Source: an uncultured Muribaculaceae bacterium
GTDB taxonomy: Bacteria > Bacteroidota > Bacteroidia > Bacteroidales > Muribaculaceae
Assembly: GCA_910579845.1 (NCBI GenBank)
Contig: CAJTWL010000002.1
Location: 107,074 to 171,073, forward strand
DNA: 64,000 nt
Direction of reading: 5' to 3'
The notes below the pieces were generated by a model. The model saw only the letters and a list, made by a program, of their open reading frames with translations, searched no databases and was not told where the DNA came from. Made by a program: the position numbers and the translations under genes. Shown here in pieces: positions 29,480-39,728 of the stretch (positions are counted from its first letter, which is position 1; the number at the start of each line of letters is the position of its first letter).

Positions 29480-30421
29480 ATGAAAAAATTATTACTGACC
29501 TTATTGTGTCTTATTCCTTCAGCACTGGGAGCGTATGCCGGTGAGCAGAAGAAGCCGGTGCCGTTTACCGATGGTGCAAACCTCCGCATTTTAGATTGGA
29601 ATATCTGGGGCTACAACAAAGATACTATACCTGAAGCCTGGCAGAAACTCGGAAAAGATCCCCGACGCGATGCTCGCGCACCAATGTTTGCGGAAGTGAT
29701 CAATGCCTATCATCCCGACCTTATAAACCTTCAGGAATTCAACAAAAAGATGTATATGAGCTGGGGAGCGATCCTCAGGAAGGCGAATTACAGGCTTGTC
29801 AATGATGAGAACGCGCAAATATGGTGTCAGACTCCTATTTTCTATAATCCCCAAACAATCGAGGTTGTGGAGCGTAACGTTGTAAACTACGTCCCTTACA
29901 AGTTTGCGGTAAACAACAGCAAATCTTATACCGCAGCTATACTGAGGCATAAAAAAACCGGAAAAACTTTTGCTGTGATCAACACCCATTTATGGTGGCA
30001 AAGCGAACAGAACATGGCAGGCAGCGACTATGCGCGCATCTCGCAAGTATACCTGATTATGGCGGAGGCGGAAACAATCAGGCAAAAACATAATTGTCCC
30101 GTATTCGTGACCGGCGACATGAACGCAACAGAACATGATCCGTCCGTAAGCAAGTTTATCGAGGCCGGATACAAACCATGCTATAAGATTGCTACAAAGA
30201 TGACCGACAACAGATGCGGTGTACATCACTGCGGTTCCGAGGGGTATTCCCTTGAAAGGAAAATGCCGCTGCCAACCGACCGTGAGAATGGAGCCATCGA
30301 TCATTGTTTACTCTACAATGCGCAAGGATCAACGGAAATAGTAGGCTTTATGTGCGATCATGAAAATTTCATTTCATACATCTCCGACCACTACCCCAAC
30401 ATCATTGATGTCAATCTATAA
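29480..30421 (+). CDS. Endonuclease/exonuclease/phosphatase (EEP) family protein, secreted
   Basis: WNI, PDLINLQE, INTHL, GDMN, IDH, SDHYP motifs; signal peptide. Confidence 0.92.
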   Translation: MKKLLLTLLCLIPSALGAYAGEQKKPVPFTDGANLRILDWNIWGYNKDTIPEAWQKLGKDPRRDARAPMFAEVINAYHPDLINLQEFNKKMYMSWGAILRKANYRLVNDENAQIWCQTPIFYNPQTIEVVERNVVNYVPYKFAVNNSKSYTAAILRHKKTGKTFAVINTHLWWQSEQNMAGSDYARISQVYLIMAEAETIRQKHNCPVFVTGDMNATEHDPSVSKFIEAGYKPCYKIATKMTDNRCGVHHCGSEGYSLERKMPLPTDRENGAIDHCLLYNAQGSTEIVGFMCDHENFISYISDHYPNIIDVNL

Positions 30422-30439
30422 GAGCTTGTCTGCTAACGC

Positions 30440-30475
30440 AAAAAGGCTCCATCGTCAGTGCGATGGAGCCTTTTT
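30440..30475. terminator. Bidirectional intrinsic terminator
   Basis: AAAAAGGCTCCATCG-tcagtg-CGATGGAGCCTTTTT between convergent genes. Confidence 0.85.
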
Positions 30476-30493
30476 CTGCATTAGTAAGAATTA

Positions 30494-30691
30494 TTATTCC
30501 TGCTTGTCGATGATTGCAAGCTGTAACCCGAGAACATTCAATATCTTCTCCAAGGTTGCGATAGAGGGATTGGCATATCCGCCCTCTATGGCTTTGATCA
30601 TTCTCACACTCACTCCCGACATTTCCGATAGAGTCTGTTGTGTCGTACGGATAGTTTGGCGCCTGTTTCTAATGATATTTCCAATATCCAT
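30494..30691 (-). CDS. Small XRE/HipB-like helix-turn-helix regulator
   Basis: IRNRR...TQQTLSEMSGVS...I..IEGG.ANPSIATLEKILNVLGL; own TAAATTTG box at 30755-30762 on - strand. Confidence 0.85.
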   Translation of the reverse strand: MDIGNIIRNRRQTIRTTQQTLSEMSGVSVRMIKAIEGGYANPSIATLEKILNVLGLQLAIIDKQE

Positions 30692-30947
30692 GACTGTCTA
30701 AAATTGTTGCAATAGTATTTCTGTTTCTGTTAGAGCAATCCTCTTTTTCGTTTACAAATTTAACAATTAATTCTATATATTCTAATCCTTTTGAAAATTT
30801 TTTCTTTTGAAGTGAAATTATTAATCTTTCGTAGTGCAACCTATAATTATTGCTTCTTAAATTTAGTTAACATTATACTGTAATCATTAGGCAGTCTAAA
30901 CAACTTACTTTGCAATATCAAAAACAAGGAAACTCAAAAACAAGATT

Positions 30948-31055
30948 ATGAAAAAGATTTACAATTCGAGATTTTGCCAGAATGCCGGGCTTTTCGCAAT
31001 ATATGCAATCGGTCTTCTGATAATCGGTCTACAGATAAGAAGCATATTCCCTTAG
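30948..31055 (+). CDS. Putative 35-aa single-pass membrane microprotein
   Basis: MKKIYNSRFCQNAGLFAIYAIGLLIIGLQIRSIFP*, read by hand; A-rich leader and near-consensus TTACTTTG box upstream. Confidence 0.5.
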   Translation: MKKIYNSRFCQNAGLFAIYAIGLLIIGLQIRSIFP

Positions 31056-31124
31056 AAATAGAACCCGCCAAGATAGGAACCGCCAAGATCATTAATCTCT
31101 ATGACATCGTTTTTTAGAACGGTG

Positions 31125-31796
31125 TCAGCCAAATTTGGCACACTTCTGGGAATATGCCAAAGTTATTATTCTCCCCTCGGACTCATATGAATACAACACA
31201 AAACTATGTCTTTCCCCATTGACAGTCACGCATCCCTCGCCGGTACGAATGGGGTCAAAAACTTCTTTATCATAAACGGGGACGGCAGGACCGATCTTAG
31301 GGAGCGATATCAATTCTATCTGCTCGCGGATATCCACTCCTTCACAGAACGCGGCCTTATAGAGGGCTTCTTTACAGGTCCATGCCAACACATTCATGAA
31401 GACATCATCGGCAGGGATCATACTGGTCTCCCTTTGTGACAGGAACCGTTCACGCACACGAAGAACCTGATTTCTGTCGGATGCCTCCGCATCAACCCCC
31501 ATTGCCGCACGTTCCGAGAATTTAGAAAGATCCGCTTCCGGAGTGGAAGGGAGTGTGGCTATCACGAGAAAGCGGCCGGCATGCGATATCGATATGCGAC
31601 AATTCTCCCCATTCAGGAATGGCGCTCCATTATGAAAATGACCTATCTCCCGATAAGAATCTTTTCCATTTTCCGAATATACCTGATATGCCATCTCGAG
31701 CCACACAGAAGCCGGCTTGTCATCACCTCCGCAAATCTCTTCTATTTTTATGCCGGGCAATGTATGATGTCTCCAATATATAAATTCAGTCTCCAT
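31125..31796 (-). CDS. 4'-phosphopantetheinyl transferase superfamily protein
   Basis: GAPFL, ISISH, MGVDAE, WTCKEALYKA motifs. Confidence 0.85.
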   Translation of the reverse strand: METEFIYWRHHTLPGIKIEEICGGDDKPASVWLEMAYQVYSENGKDSYREIGHFHNGAPFLNGENCRISISHAGRFLVIATLPSTPEADLSKFSERAAMGVDAEASDRNQVLRVRERFLSQRETSMIPADDVFMNVLAWTCKEALYKAAFCEGVDIREQIELISLPKIGPAVPVYDKEVFDPIRTGEGCVTVNGERHSFVLYSYESEGRIITLAYSQKCAKFG

Positions 31797-33162
31797 TTAT
31801 ATGCTGTTCCTTCTGATTTATTATTCTCAGACTGACCTGTAGAATCCTGTGTTTCTCCATCTTCATTACATGAAAATGAAGCGAACCGGATATAAGCGTC
31901 TCTTTAAGAGTCGGGAAATCGCCCTTTAACTTCAGCAGATAGCCTGCAAGTGTCTCGATATCCCCTATATCACCAAGTTCCTCCTCCTCAATATTTATTA
32001 CGCGACAAAAATCATTCAACGGTATCTTCGCATCAAAAATATATGAATCCGGACCTATCTTCTTATACATGGAGGTAACGTCATCATATTCGTCATCAAT
32101 CTCTCCGACTATCTGTTCAATCACGTCCTCGAGAGTGACAATCCCTTGCGTACCGCCATATTCATCAACCACTATAGCTATATGTATCTTTCGGGTGCGG
32201 AAATCCTCCAACAGGTCATCTATCATTCTCGACTCGGGAACAAAATATGGTGCACGGAGAAGCGACTGCCATTTGAAATTCCCGTCATTGCTGTCAATAT
32301 AAGGCAATAGATCCTTACTATAAAGAATTCCTACTATTGTATCCTGAGAGGTGTCATATACCGGTATTCTTGAATAGCCGGTTTCAAGAATCACCTTCAT
32401 TGCCTTTTCGAATGAGTCATGAATCTCTATTGCCGTAACATCCACACGGGATATCATTATCTCATGCGCCTCTATCTCTCCGAACGAGAGAATCCCTTCA
32501 AGCATCTCCTTCTCCTTTCCATCGCCCACATCTGAAATCTCCAAAGCTTTCTCAAGCTCATCGGTAGAGATACTCTGCTGACGCTTGGCTACTATCTTGT
32601 TGACAAAAAAGGTAGACTTAGCCATGACTTTTGCCAACGGACCGAGCAGCCAATACAGAAAGCCAATGCCCGTAACAGACATTCTCACCCATTTCATGGT
32701 TCTTCCCCGAGCCACAAGCTTAGGAAATATCTCACCGAACAGCAACAGCAGGAATGTCATGAACACAGTCTGCAACAAGAAATTGAGTACCGCACTGTTG
32801 AACGTGATTGACTGTGATATCGCAAATGTCAGCAACACAACCATGGTCACATTGACAAGGTTGTTCGAAATGAGAATAGTGGCAAGCAGACGCTCGCTGT
32901 TTTCTATAAAAGAGAATGCCTTTTGGTCGCGATGAGATTCGGACTCCTCCAATTCGTCAACTTCCTGTGGGGTCAAGCCGAAATATGCTATCTCGCTTCC
33001 CGATACGAAAGCTGATACGCAAAGACATATAAAGGAAAGCAGTATTATAAGAATCCATGCTCCCCAACTTTCCGGAGCATGAAAGGAAATAGCCTCTGTG
33101 GTGTTGACAGTCAACGCTATAAAGCCGGCAAGAGGCGTTGCCGGTAAAGGGTCGTAATCCAA
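31786..33162 (-). CDS. gldE: GldE / CNNM-CBS-CorC family membrane protein
   Basis: SGSEIAYF, LLATILISNNLVN, FGEIFPK, GYSRIPVY, VVDEYGGTQGIVTLEDVIE motifs. Confidence 0.85.
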   Translation of the reverse strand: MDYDPLPATPLAGFIALTVNTTEAISFHAPESWGAWILIILLSFICLCVSAFVSGSEIAYFGLTPQEVDELEESESHRDQKAFSFIENSERLLATILISNNLVNVTMVVLLTFAISQSITFNSAVLNFLLQTVFMTFLLLLFGEIFPKLVARGRTMKWVRMSVTGIGFLYWLLGPLAKVMAKSTFFVNKIVAKRQQSISTDELEKALEISDVGDGKEKEMLEGILSFGEIEAHEIMISRVDVTAIEIHDSFEKAMKVILETGYSRIPVYDTSQDTIVGILYSKDLLPYIDSNDGNFKWQSLLRAPYFVPESRMIDDLLEDFRTRKIHIAIVVDEYGGTQGIVTLEDVIEQIVGEIDDEYDDVTSMYKKIGPDSYIFDAKIPLNDFCRVINIEEEELGDIGDIETLAGYLLKLKGDFPTLKETLISGSLHFHVMKMEKHRILQVSLRIINQKEQHINGD

Positions 33163-33200
33163 AATTATTAAAAATTGATTTCTATTACAAATTTATATGT

Positions 33201-34613
33201 TTATTCCTTCATCTCCAAAATTGCAGGTGCGATTTTGAGTACATAATTCCAAGCCGCCTCGGGCTCATATGGAATTTCTCCCTCCATAATAGCCTCTTTC
33301 ACTGCATCTTTGATCTGTTTTATAACGGCAGACGGCGGAATCTGGAAATACTCCATTATACGGTATCCGTCAACAGGTGATTTCCAGTTGCGCAATGCAT
33401 CGGCATCGCTTATCTCGTCCATACGTTTGCGCAATTTGGTAAATCCTTCAAGCTGACGCTTGACTTTCAACGGATTCTTGGATGTGATATCTGCCTCGGC
33501 AAGCGTCATCAGATCTTCAAGATCCTCTCCGGCATCGGTGATCAGCCTGCGCACTCCGCTATCTGTAACTCCATCTTCACCTGCCGATTGAGGGCGCATA
33601 TGCAAGCCCACCAGTTTTGCCACATATTTCATCTTCTCGTTTAGCGGAAGCTTCATCTGTTTGAAAACTTTAGGAATCATCTTCTCGCCTACGAAGTTAT
33701 GGTTGTGGAATGTCCAGCCCAGACGCGCATCATATTTCTTGGTCACGGGCTTGCCTATATCATGGAAAAGCGTAGCCCATCTGAGCCATTCATTATCGCT
33801 CTTCTGTGCCACATTATCAACGACCTGAAGTGTATGGTAGAAATTATCCTTATGCCCTCTCCCGTCCTTTGTCTCCACACCTTTGAGATTTGCCACCCAA
33901 GGCATGATTATATCCAGAAGCCCCGACTTATCAAGAAGTTCAAAACCTATCGAAGGTTTGGGAGACCGAAGAATCTTGGACAACTCATCGTTGATCCTCT
34001 CTTTGGTAATAATCTCTATGCGATGACAATTTCTTCGGATAGCCTCAAATGTTTCAGGCAAGATCGTAAAATCAAGCTGAGTGGCGAATCGGATCGCACG
34101 CATCATGCGCAACGGATCATCCGAGAATGTAATATCCGGATCAAGCGGTGTGCGTATCAGGCGTTTCTCCAGATCCTCCACACCTCCGAACGGATCGACA
34201 AGCTCACCGAACGCATCTTTATTCAGTGATATCGCCATGGCGTTTATTGTAAAATCGCGACGATTCTGGTCATCCTGCAAAGTGCCGTCCTCCACAACAG
34301 GATTGCGGGACTCTCGGGAATAGGATTCGCGACGCGCACCAACAAATTCCAGTTCGAGCGATCCGTATTTCACCTGCGCGGTTCCATAATTGGCATATAC
34401 ACTCAACCCCTTGCTCCGGTTCAATCGGTCCGCAACCTCTTTTGCAAGTTCAATACCGCTTCCGATTGTGACAAAATCAAGATCAGACGACGGTCGATTA
34501 AGAAATATGTCGCGTACGTATCCGCCCACAACATATAGCTGGCGGTTCATTCCGTCAGCTATTTCACCGATCTTTCTGAATATGGGAAGTGAAAGTTTAT
34601 CAGATAAATTCAT
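33201..34613 (-). CDS. cca: CCA tRNA nucleotidyltransferase / HD domain protein
   Basis: YVVGGYVRD..DLDF, RRDFTINAMA, DDPLRMMRAIRFA, FHDIGK motifs. Confidence 0.9.
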   Translation of the reverse strand: MNLSDKLSLPIFRKIGEIADGMNRQLYVVGGYVRDIFLNRPSSDLDFVTIGSGIELAKEVADRLNRSKGLSVYANYGTAQVKYGSLELEFVGARRESYSRESRNPVVEDGTLQDDQNRRDFTINAMAISLNKDAFGELVDPFGGVEDLEKRLIRTPLDPDITFSDDPLRMMRAIRFATQLDFTILPETFEAIRRNCHRIEIITKERINDELSKILRSPKPSIGFELLDKSGLLDIIMPWVANLKGVETKDGRGHKDNFYHTLQVVDNVAQKSDNEWLRWATLFHDIGKPVTKKYDARLGWTFHNHNFVGEKMIPKVFKQMKLPLNEKMKYVAKLVGLHMRPQSAGEDGVTDSGVRRLITDAGEDLEDLMTLAEADITSKNPLKVKRQLEGFTKLRKRMDEISDADALRNWKSPVDGYRIMEYFQIPPSAVIKQIKDAVKEAIMEGEIPYEPEAAWNYVLKIAPAILEMKE

Positions 34614-34659
34614 CTCTGTCAGTTGTACATATCTGTTTATTATACCGGAACAATTCTTT

Positions 34660-35874
34660 CTATTCCTTCACCCCTTCTCCGAGAGAGATCATCTCTTCAT
34701 TGAATGTGGTGAGATTCTCAAGTCCGCCGGAAGTGACTCTGTAGGTATTCTCCACGCCAACCGCTCCGACATGAGGAATCACGAACTTAGGTTCTATCGC
34801 TATGGTCATATTCTCCTGCAACAATGAGTTGTTACGTTCCATAATAACCGGCATCTCATTCAATTCTATGCCTATGCCGTGTCCGATAAACCCGACTTTA
34901 TGCTTATGACCCATGAAATATTCATGTAATCCCTCCTCTCTCGCAATATCCACAGCAGTCGTATAAAGAAGCGACACTTCCGTTCCGGGGACACCGATCT
35001 TCTCCAACGAACGGAGAATCCGTCTCGAGCATTCGTGTGCTTTCTTTGCAAGTTCGGGCACATCACCTATCATCCTGCAACGCGTCATATCTGTCTGATA
35101 ACCGTTGAAACACCCGTTCATGTCTATCATAACCGTTGTGCCAGGCATCATTGTCATCCCATCAGCTCCGACAGGCAACGCCGGATCACAGCCACGTCCG
35201 CCCATAGTGAAATCATAAGGGGACGGAACATCTGCATTGTCACCGTTCAACAATGACCCGAGATTCAGCTCCATCCTGCTACCCGCGGCACGAAGCAATC
35301 CGAGACACCCTTCGAGGCGCAAGAGACGCTCAATCTCTATCTGGAATTCAAGATCCGTCATATTCTCACGGTAACATTTATCTATCATGGAATAGACTGC
35401 ACTATGTTTTATGCCATCCTCCCGCATGCGTGAGATTTCATATGCCGTTTTTATCGAACGCGACTTACGAAGCAACGGAGAGACATCTCCATATTCGGCA
35501 TTAGGGAAACATGCTTTGAGACGGGATATATCCGAATATGTCATATCGGCGAATTCCAGTCCCAGCCTTGAAGGCGGTTCCTGACCATTTTCCATCAGTA
35601 CGGACGCTATCTGTTCAGGTTTGCGTACCGCCACACATCCTTTTTGACAGGAGATACTTGGTGATATAAGGAAATACAGAGGTTCACCTGACTTTGGCAC
35701 ATATACATTACCCCTGAATATCGTGCCGCTCAGATAAAACAGATTGACATTGGCACCGATCAGCACTCCGTCAAAACTCTCCTCCTTCATCAGAGTCTGC
35801 AATTTCCCGACTCTAAGTTCGAGTTCATTACGCATCTCCTGCCTTAGCAACGGCAATATAACTGTATCTATCAT
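34660..35874 (-). CDS. M24 Xaa-Pro peptidase family protein
   Basis: GYQTDMTR, GHGIGIELNE, IEPK, GVENT motifs. Confidence 0.9.
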   Translation of the reverse strand: MIDTVILPLLRQEMRNELELRVGKLQTLMKEESFDGVLIGANVNLFYLSGTIFRGNVYVPKSGEPLYFLISPSISCQKGCVAVRKPEQIASVLMENGQEPPSRLGLEFADMTYSDISRLKACFPNAEYGDVSPLLRKSRSIKTAYEISRMREDGIKHSAVYSMIDKCYRENMTDLEFQIEIERLLRLEGCLGLLRAAGSRMELNLGSLLNGDNADVPSPYDFTMGGRGCDPALPVGADGMTMMPGTTVMIDMNGCFNGYQTDMTRCRMIGDVPELAKKAHECSRRILRSLEKIGVPGTEVSLLYTTAVDIAREEGLHEYFMGHKHKVGFIGHGIGIELNEMPVIMERNNSLLQENMTIAIEPKFVIPHVGAVGVENTYRVTSGGLENLTTFNEEMISLGEGVKE

Positions 35875-36377
35875 AATCCTGGCTCAATATTAGTATTAGT
35901 CAACGACAATCCAATATCCGTGATTCCTTTGGTATACTCCCGGGGACACATACTCGCAATCTCCACCCAATATCCGTCAGGCACTCTAAAATCCGTGCGT
36001 AGTGTATAGCTTAACTCATATAACACCAGACCCTTTTTCCCGAGAGATTCCCCATTGTCGTCATGCAGAGGTATACTCAATGTCTCCGATGAAATCTCCC
36101 CTTCCTCCGATTCCTCCGATATGACAACAGGCAATTCCTTTGCCCTGCATTCCGGATTATAACGTATATTCAATATAAGATTGTAACGTTTGTCGGATAA
36201 AAGAGTTGAATCAGACGGCAACGGAGAAAAACCAAGAATATCTGACGGATCCCAGCCGGTCCCGGGAATGGATACATACTCGGAATAGGCCAGATCGTCA
36301 ACCCTGCCACAGCCTGCAATTGACAAAATCACAGCCAATAAGATACAACGGAATCCCCTTTCAAACCAATTTTTCAT
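35871..36377 (-). CDS. gldH: GldH family lipoprotein
   Basis: Lipobox IAGC; YSEY.SIP..GW and GITDIG motifs; adjacent to PSP1 gene. Confidence 0.65.
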   Translation of the reverse strand: MKNWFERGFRCILLAVILSIAGCGRVDDLAYSEYVSIPGTGWDPSDILGFSPLPSDSTLLSDKRYNLILNIRYNPECRAKELPVVISEESEEGEISSETLSIPLHDDNGESLGKKGLVLYELSYTLRTDFRVPDGYWVEIASMCPREYTKGITDIGLSLTNTNIEPGL

Positions 36378-36414
36378 TCTTCCACTCCCCCCTTATAACC
36401 GTTAAGAACTCCGA

Positions 36415-37707
36415 TCACGATGTTCTGGCACCATCGGGACGCAGTCCGCGACGCCGGTTATTCTGACGCCCGCGTTGTCTTGCATTCCGATTCTCGCCAT
36501 TATCCCGTCTCTCGCGGTTTTCGCCCGGCTCTTTGTTCTCCCTGTTCTCTTTTTCCCGGCGGACTTCACGATTCTGACGGCTATCCTTATCCCGCTCCTG
36601 ATTTCTATCGCCTTTTTCCGAATTTCTATTCTGATTCTTTCCCTGACCTTTACGCTTCTTCCTCTTTGAATTATCAAAGCGTGTAAGACTGTCCTGATCG
36701 AGAAGATCGCCGTATTCCCGTTTGGCTGTTTCACTGTCAAGGTCCTCGTTAAGACTGTCTATCTTAATACCCTGCCTGTTGAGTGCGATGATCTCAAATG
36801 CTCTTCCGGCATCAATTGTCACAAGATTGGCAGGAATATTCTTATCCGTGGAATATGTTACCTTGCGTGCAAGTATGTCAGCCTTGAAATAATAGTAGTC
36901 CGCATCTTTGGTCTGAAGCACAATATCCTTCGACGGCAACTGCTTGTTTGCCTCAACATATGAATCTATCTCGAAATTCATACAGCACTTGAGCTTGGCA
37001 CACTGACCGGCAAGCTTCTGTGGGTTCATCGACAGATCCTGAATGCGTGCCGAACCTGTACCTACGGACACGAAATGAGTCATCCAGCTTGAGCAGCATA
37101 ACGGTCGTCCGCAAGGACCGATACCTCCAATTCTGCCGGCCTCCTGACGTGCGCCTATCTGCTTCATCTCCACACGTATCTTGAAGGTATCGGCAAGTAT
37201 ACGTATCAATTTGCGAAAATCCACACGTTCATCGGCAATATAATAGAATATGGCTTTACCACCATCACCTTGATACTCCACATCTCCAATCTTCATGTCA
37301 AGTTCAAGTTCCTTGGCAATCTGGCGTGAGCGGATCATCGTATCCTCTTCTCTTGATGCCGCCTCGGCGGCTTTCTCAAGATCGGATTCAGTGGCAAGAC
37401 GGAACACCCGTTTCAATTCGGTGTCATCACTTACATTTGCCTTGCGCATCTGCAGACGCACCAGACGTCCGATCATACTTACACGACCCACATCATGACC
37501 GGGCGCCCCCTCCACCGCAACCATGTCTCCTATCTTCAGATCCAGCCTTGACGGATTGGAGTAGAACCCGACTCGTGTATTCTTGAATACCACCTGCACG
37601 ACATCAAAATCTCCGCCTGAGGAGATACCGTCAAGCCAGTTGGTGGCAAACAATTTACCTCGGGGACAACCACCCCCGCAACATCCCTTTCTCTCGTTAT
37701 TCTCCAT
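36415..37707 (-). CDS. ricT: PSP1/RicT (YaaT) family Fe-S regulatory protein
   Basis: FYYIADERVDFR, IGARQEAGRIGGIGPCGRPLCC, KLAGQCAKLKCC motifs; charged low-complexity tail. Confidence 0.88.
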   Translation of the reverse strand: MENNERKGCCGGGCPRGKLFATNWLDGISSGGDFDVVQVVFKNTRVGFYSNPSRLDLKIGDMVAVEGAPGHDVGRVSMIGRLVRLQMRKANVSDDTELKRVFRLATESDLEKAAEAASREEDTMIRSRQIAKELELDMKIGDVEYQGDGGKAIFYYIADERVDFRKLIRILADTFKIRVEMKQIGARQEAGRIGGIGPCGRPLCCSSWMTHFVSVGTGSARIQDLSMNPQKLAGQCAKLKCCMNFEIDSYVEANKQLPSKDIVLQTKDADYYYFKADILARKVTYSTDKNIPANLVTIDAGRAFEIIALNRQGIKIDSLNEDLDSETAKREYGDLLDQDSLTRFDNSKRKKRKGQGKNQNRNSEKGDRNQERDKDSRQNREVRREKENRENKEPGENRERRDNGENRNARQRGRQNNRRRGLRPDGARTS

Positions 37708-37716
37708 ATCCCTCCG

Positions 37717-39258
37717 TTATTTTGCGAAGCTGATAGCTCTTGTCTCGCGGATAACGGTTATCTTCACCTGACCGGGATAAGTCAGCTCATCCTGAATTTT
37801 CTTGGCAATCTCTGCGGACAGTTTCTCTGTCTCCTCATCTGTAATCATGTCTGCACCGACTATCACACGCAATTCACGACCTGCCTGGATAGCATATGTC
37901 TTTATCACACCGGGATAAGACATCGCCAGCTGTTCCAGATCATTCAACCGTTTGATATATGCCTCCACTATCTCGCGACGCGCACCCGGACGCGCACCGG
38001 AAATGGCATCACAGACCTGTACGATGGGAGCAAGCAGCGTATTCATCTCAACCTCATCGTGGTGTGCACCGATGGCATTGCAGATCTCCGGTTTCTCTTT
38101 GAATTTCTCTGCGAGCTTCATTCCAAAAAGTGCATGCGGCAATTCCGGTTCATCATCCGGCACCTTGCCTATATCATGAAGGAGACCGGCACGACGCGCT
38201 TTTTTAGGATTCAAGCCAAGCTCGGAAGCCATAACGGCACAAAGATTGGCAGTCTCGCGCGAATGTTGAAGCAGATTCTGACCATATGATGAACGATATT
38301 TCATCCTTCCTACCATTCTGATCAATTCGGGATGCAATCCATGGATGCCAAGATCGATTGCAGTGCGTTTACCGGTCTCGATAATCTCCTCCTCCACCTG
38401 CTTGCGCACTTTGGCAACGACCTCCTCGATACGGGCAGGATGAATACGTCCGTCAGTTACAAGCTGATGAAGTGCGAGTCGCGCTATTTCACGACGCACA
38501 GGATCAAATCCGGATAGCACTATCGCCTCCGGTGTATCGTCTACAATTATCTCAATACCGGTAGCGGCTTCAAGAGCGCGGATATTTCTACCCTCACGTC
38601 CGATTATCCTGCCTTTTATCTCGTCGTTCTCGATGTGGAACACTGTCACGGAATTCTCTACAGCTGTTTCTGTCGCCACACGCTGGATAGACTGGATAAC
38701 GATACGTTTTGCCTCCTTGTTCGCAGATATTCTGGCATCATCCATGATATCATTGATATATCCCGCAGCGGCGGTCTTTGCCTCATCTTTCAAAGACTCG
38801 ACAAGCTTCTCCTTCGCCTCTTCCGCCGACAATCCTGAGATTCTTTCAAGTTCATCCGTTATTTTACGATGAAGATGTTCGACTTCATTCTGTCTGGAAT
38901 CAAGCAAAGCCTCCCGATTATCAAGATTTCCCTTGAGTGTCTCGAGTTCCTTGCGCTTGCGGGAATTGTCATTCTGCACCTGGTTCAGCTGAATCTCCCG
39001 TTGTTTATTACGTGCCTCAGCCGCCTGTGCTTTCTGCATGCGCTGATTGGCAATCTTGTCTGCCTCCCCTATTATCTTCATTTCCTCCTCTTTGGCCTGA
39101 AGTATCTTTTTCTCTTTCAATACATCTGCCTCGCGCTTAGCCTCCTCCAGTATGGTATTGGCTCTTGAGGATGCGTTCTTTTTACTTATAGCGGTAGCCG
39201 CCACATATCCTATGATCGCGGCCGCTACGGCTACTATGATCCATATTGCTGTTTCCAT
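37717..39258 (-). CDS. rny: Ribonuclease Y
   Basis: N-terminal TM and coiled coil; [34 protein letters not shown]. Confidence 0.97.
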   Translation of the reverse strand: METAIWIIVAVAAAIIGYVAATAISKKNASSRANTILEEAKREADVLKEKKILQAKEEEMKIIGEADKIANQRMQKAQAAEARNKQREIQLNQVQNDNSRKRKELETLKGNLDNREALLDSRQNEVEHLHRKITDELERISGLSAEEAKEKLVESLKDEAKTAAAGYINDIMDDARISANKEAKRIVIQSIQRVATETAVENSVTVFHIENDEIKGRIIGREGRNIRALEAATGIEIIVDDTPEAIVLSGFDPVRREIARLALHQLVTDGRIHPARIEEVVAKVRKQVEEEIIETGKRTAIDLGIHGLHPELIRMVGRMKYRSSYGQNLLQHSRETANLCAVMASELGLNPKKARRAGLLHDIGKVPDDEPELPHALFGMKLAEKFKEKPEICNAIGAHHDEVEMNTLLAPIVQVCDAISGARPGARREIVEAYIKRLNDLEQLAMSYPGVIKTYAIQAGRELRVIVGADMITDEETEKLSAEIAKKIQDELTYPGQVKITVIRETRAISFAK

Positions 39259-39337
39259 ATATAATCCTGATTTCTTTTTTTATTTAATGTCTTTTTTATA
39301 AATAGTTGAGTTACAATATAATTAAATGTTATTTTAT

Positions 39338-39364
39338 AAAAAAAAGCATCCTCGTCAGGGATGC
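39338..39364 (-). terminator. Intrinsic terminator between zapA and rny
   Basis: - strand GCATCC-ctgacga-GGATGC followed by 8 T. Confidence 0.7.
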
Positions 39365-39425
39365 GAAACATCTCGGGGCATGACACCTCGGATTAATAAA
39401 AAAATCATGAAAAGTTAAATCCGTT

Positions 39426-39728
39426 CTATTCCGGAGAAGCCTCGTTATCTTCTCCCGTCAGTCTGGCAAGACATTCTTCGGCTTTGAGCACACCCTCATG
39501 ATACTTTTCTGTAAGCTCCTTGTAATAAGACGCATACTGATACAGCATCATTGCCATTAAACCTTTTTCAGTCTTATTGGGGAATCTGCGCCGCCACGTT
39601 GCAAACAGATTATTCACCTCCAGCTCCACATCGCGTGTGAAATCCTGTTTTCCAAACGGGACAGTAAGCTTGAGCGGTTCCCCTCCTATATTAATATCTA
39701 TATTTATCTTTTCGCGATCTTTCATCAT
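39426..39728 (-). CDS. zapA: Cell division protein ZapA
   Basis: I.INIGG..LKLTV ZapA-like N-terminus; synteny upstream of rny; ATGA overlap with upstream gene. Confidence 0.7.
   Translation of the reverse strand: MMKDREKINIDINIGGEPLKLTVPFGKQDFTRDVELEVNNLFATWRRRFPNKTEKGLMAMMLYQYASYYKELTEKYHEGVLKAEECLARLTGEDNEASPE

Noticed and set aside
31786..36377. gldE and gldH suggesting gliding motility
   Set aside because: These homologues are common in non-gliding Bacteroidales, and no gliding motor genes are in the window.
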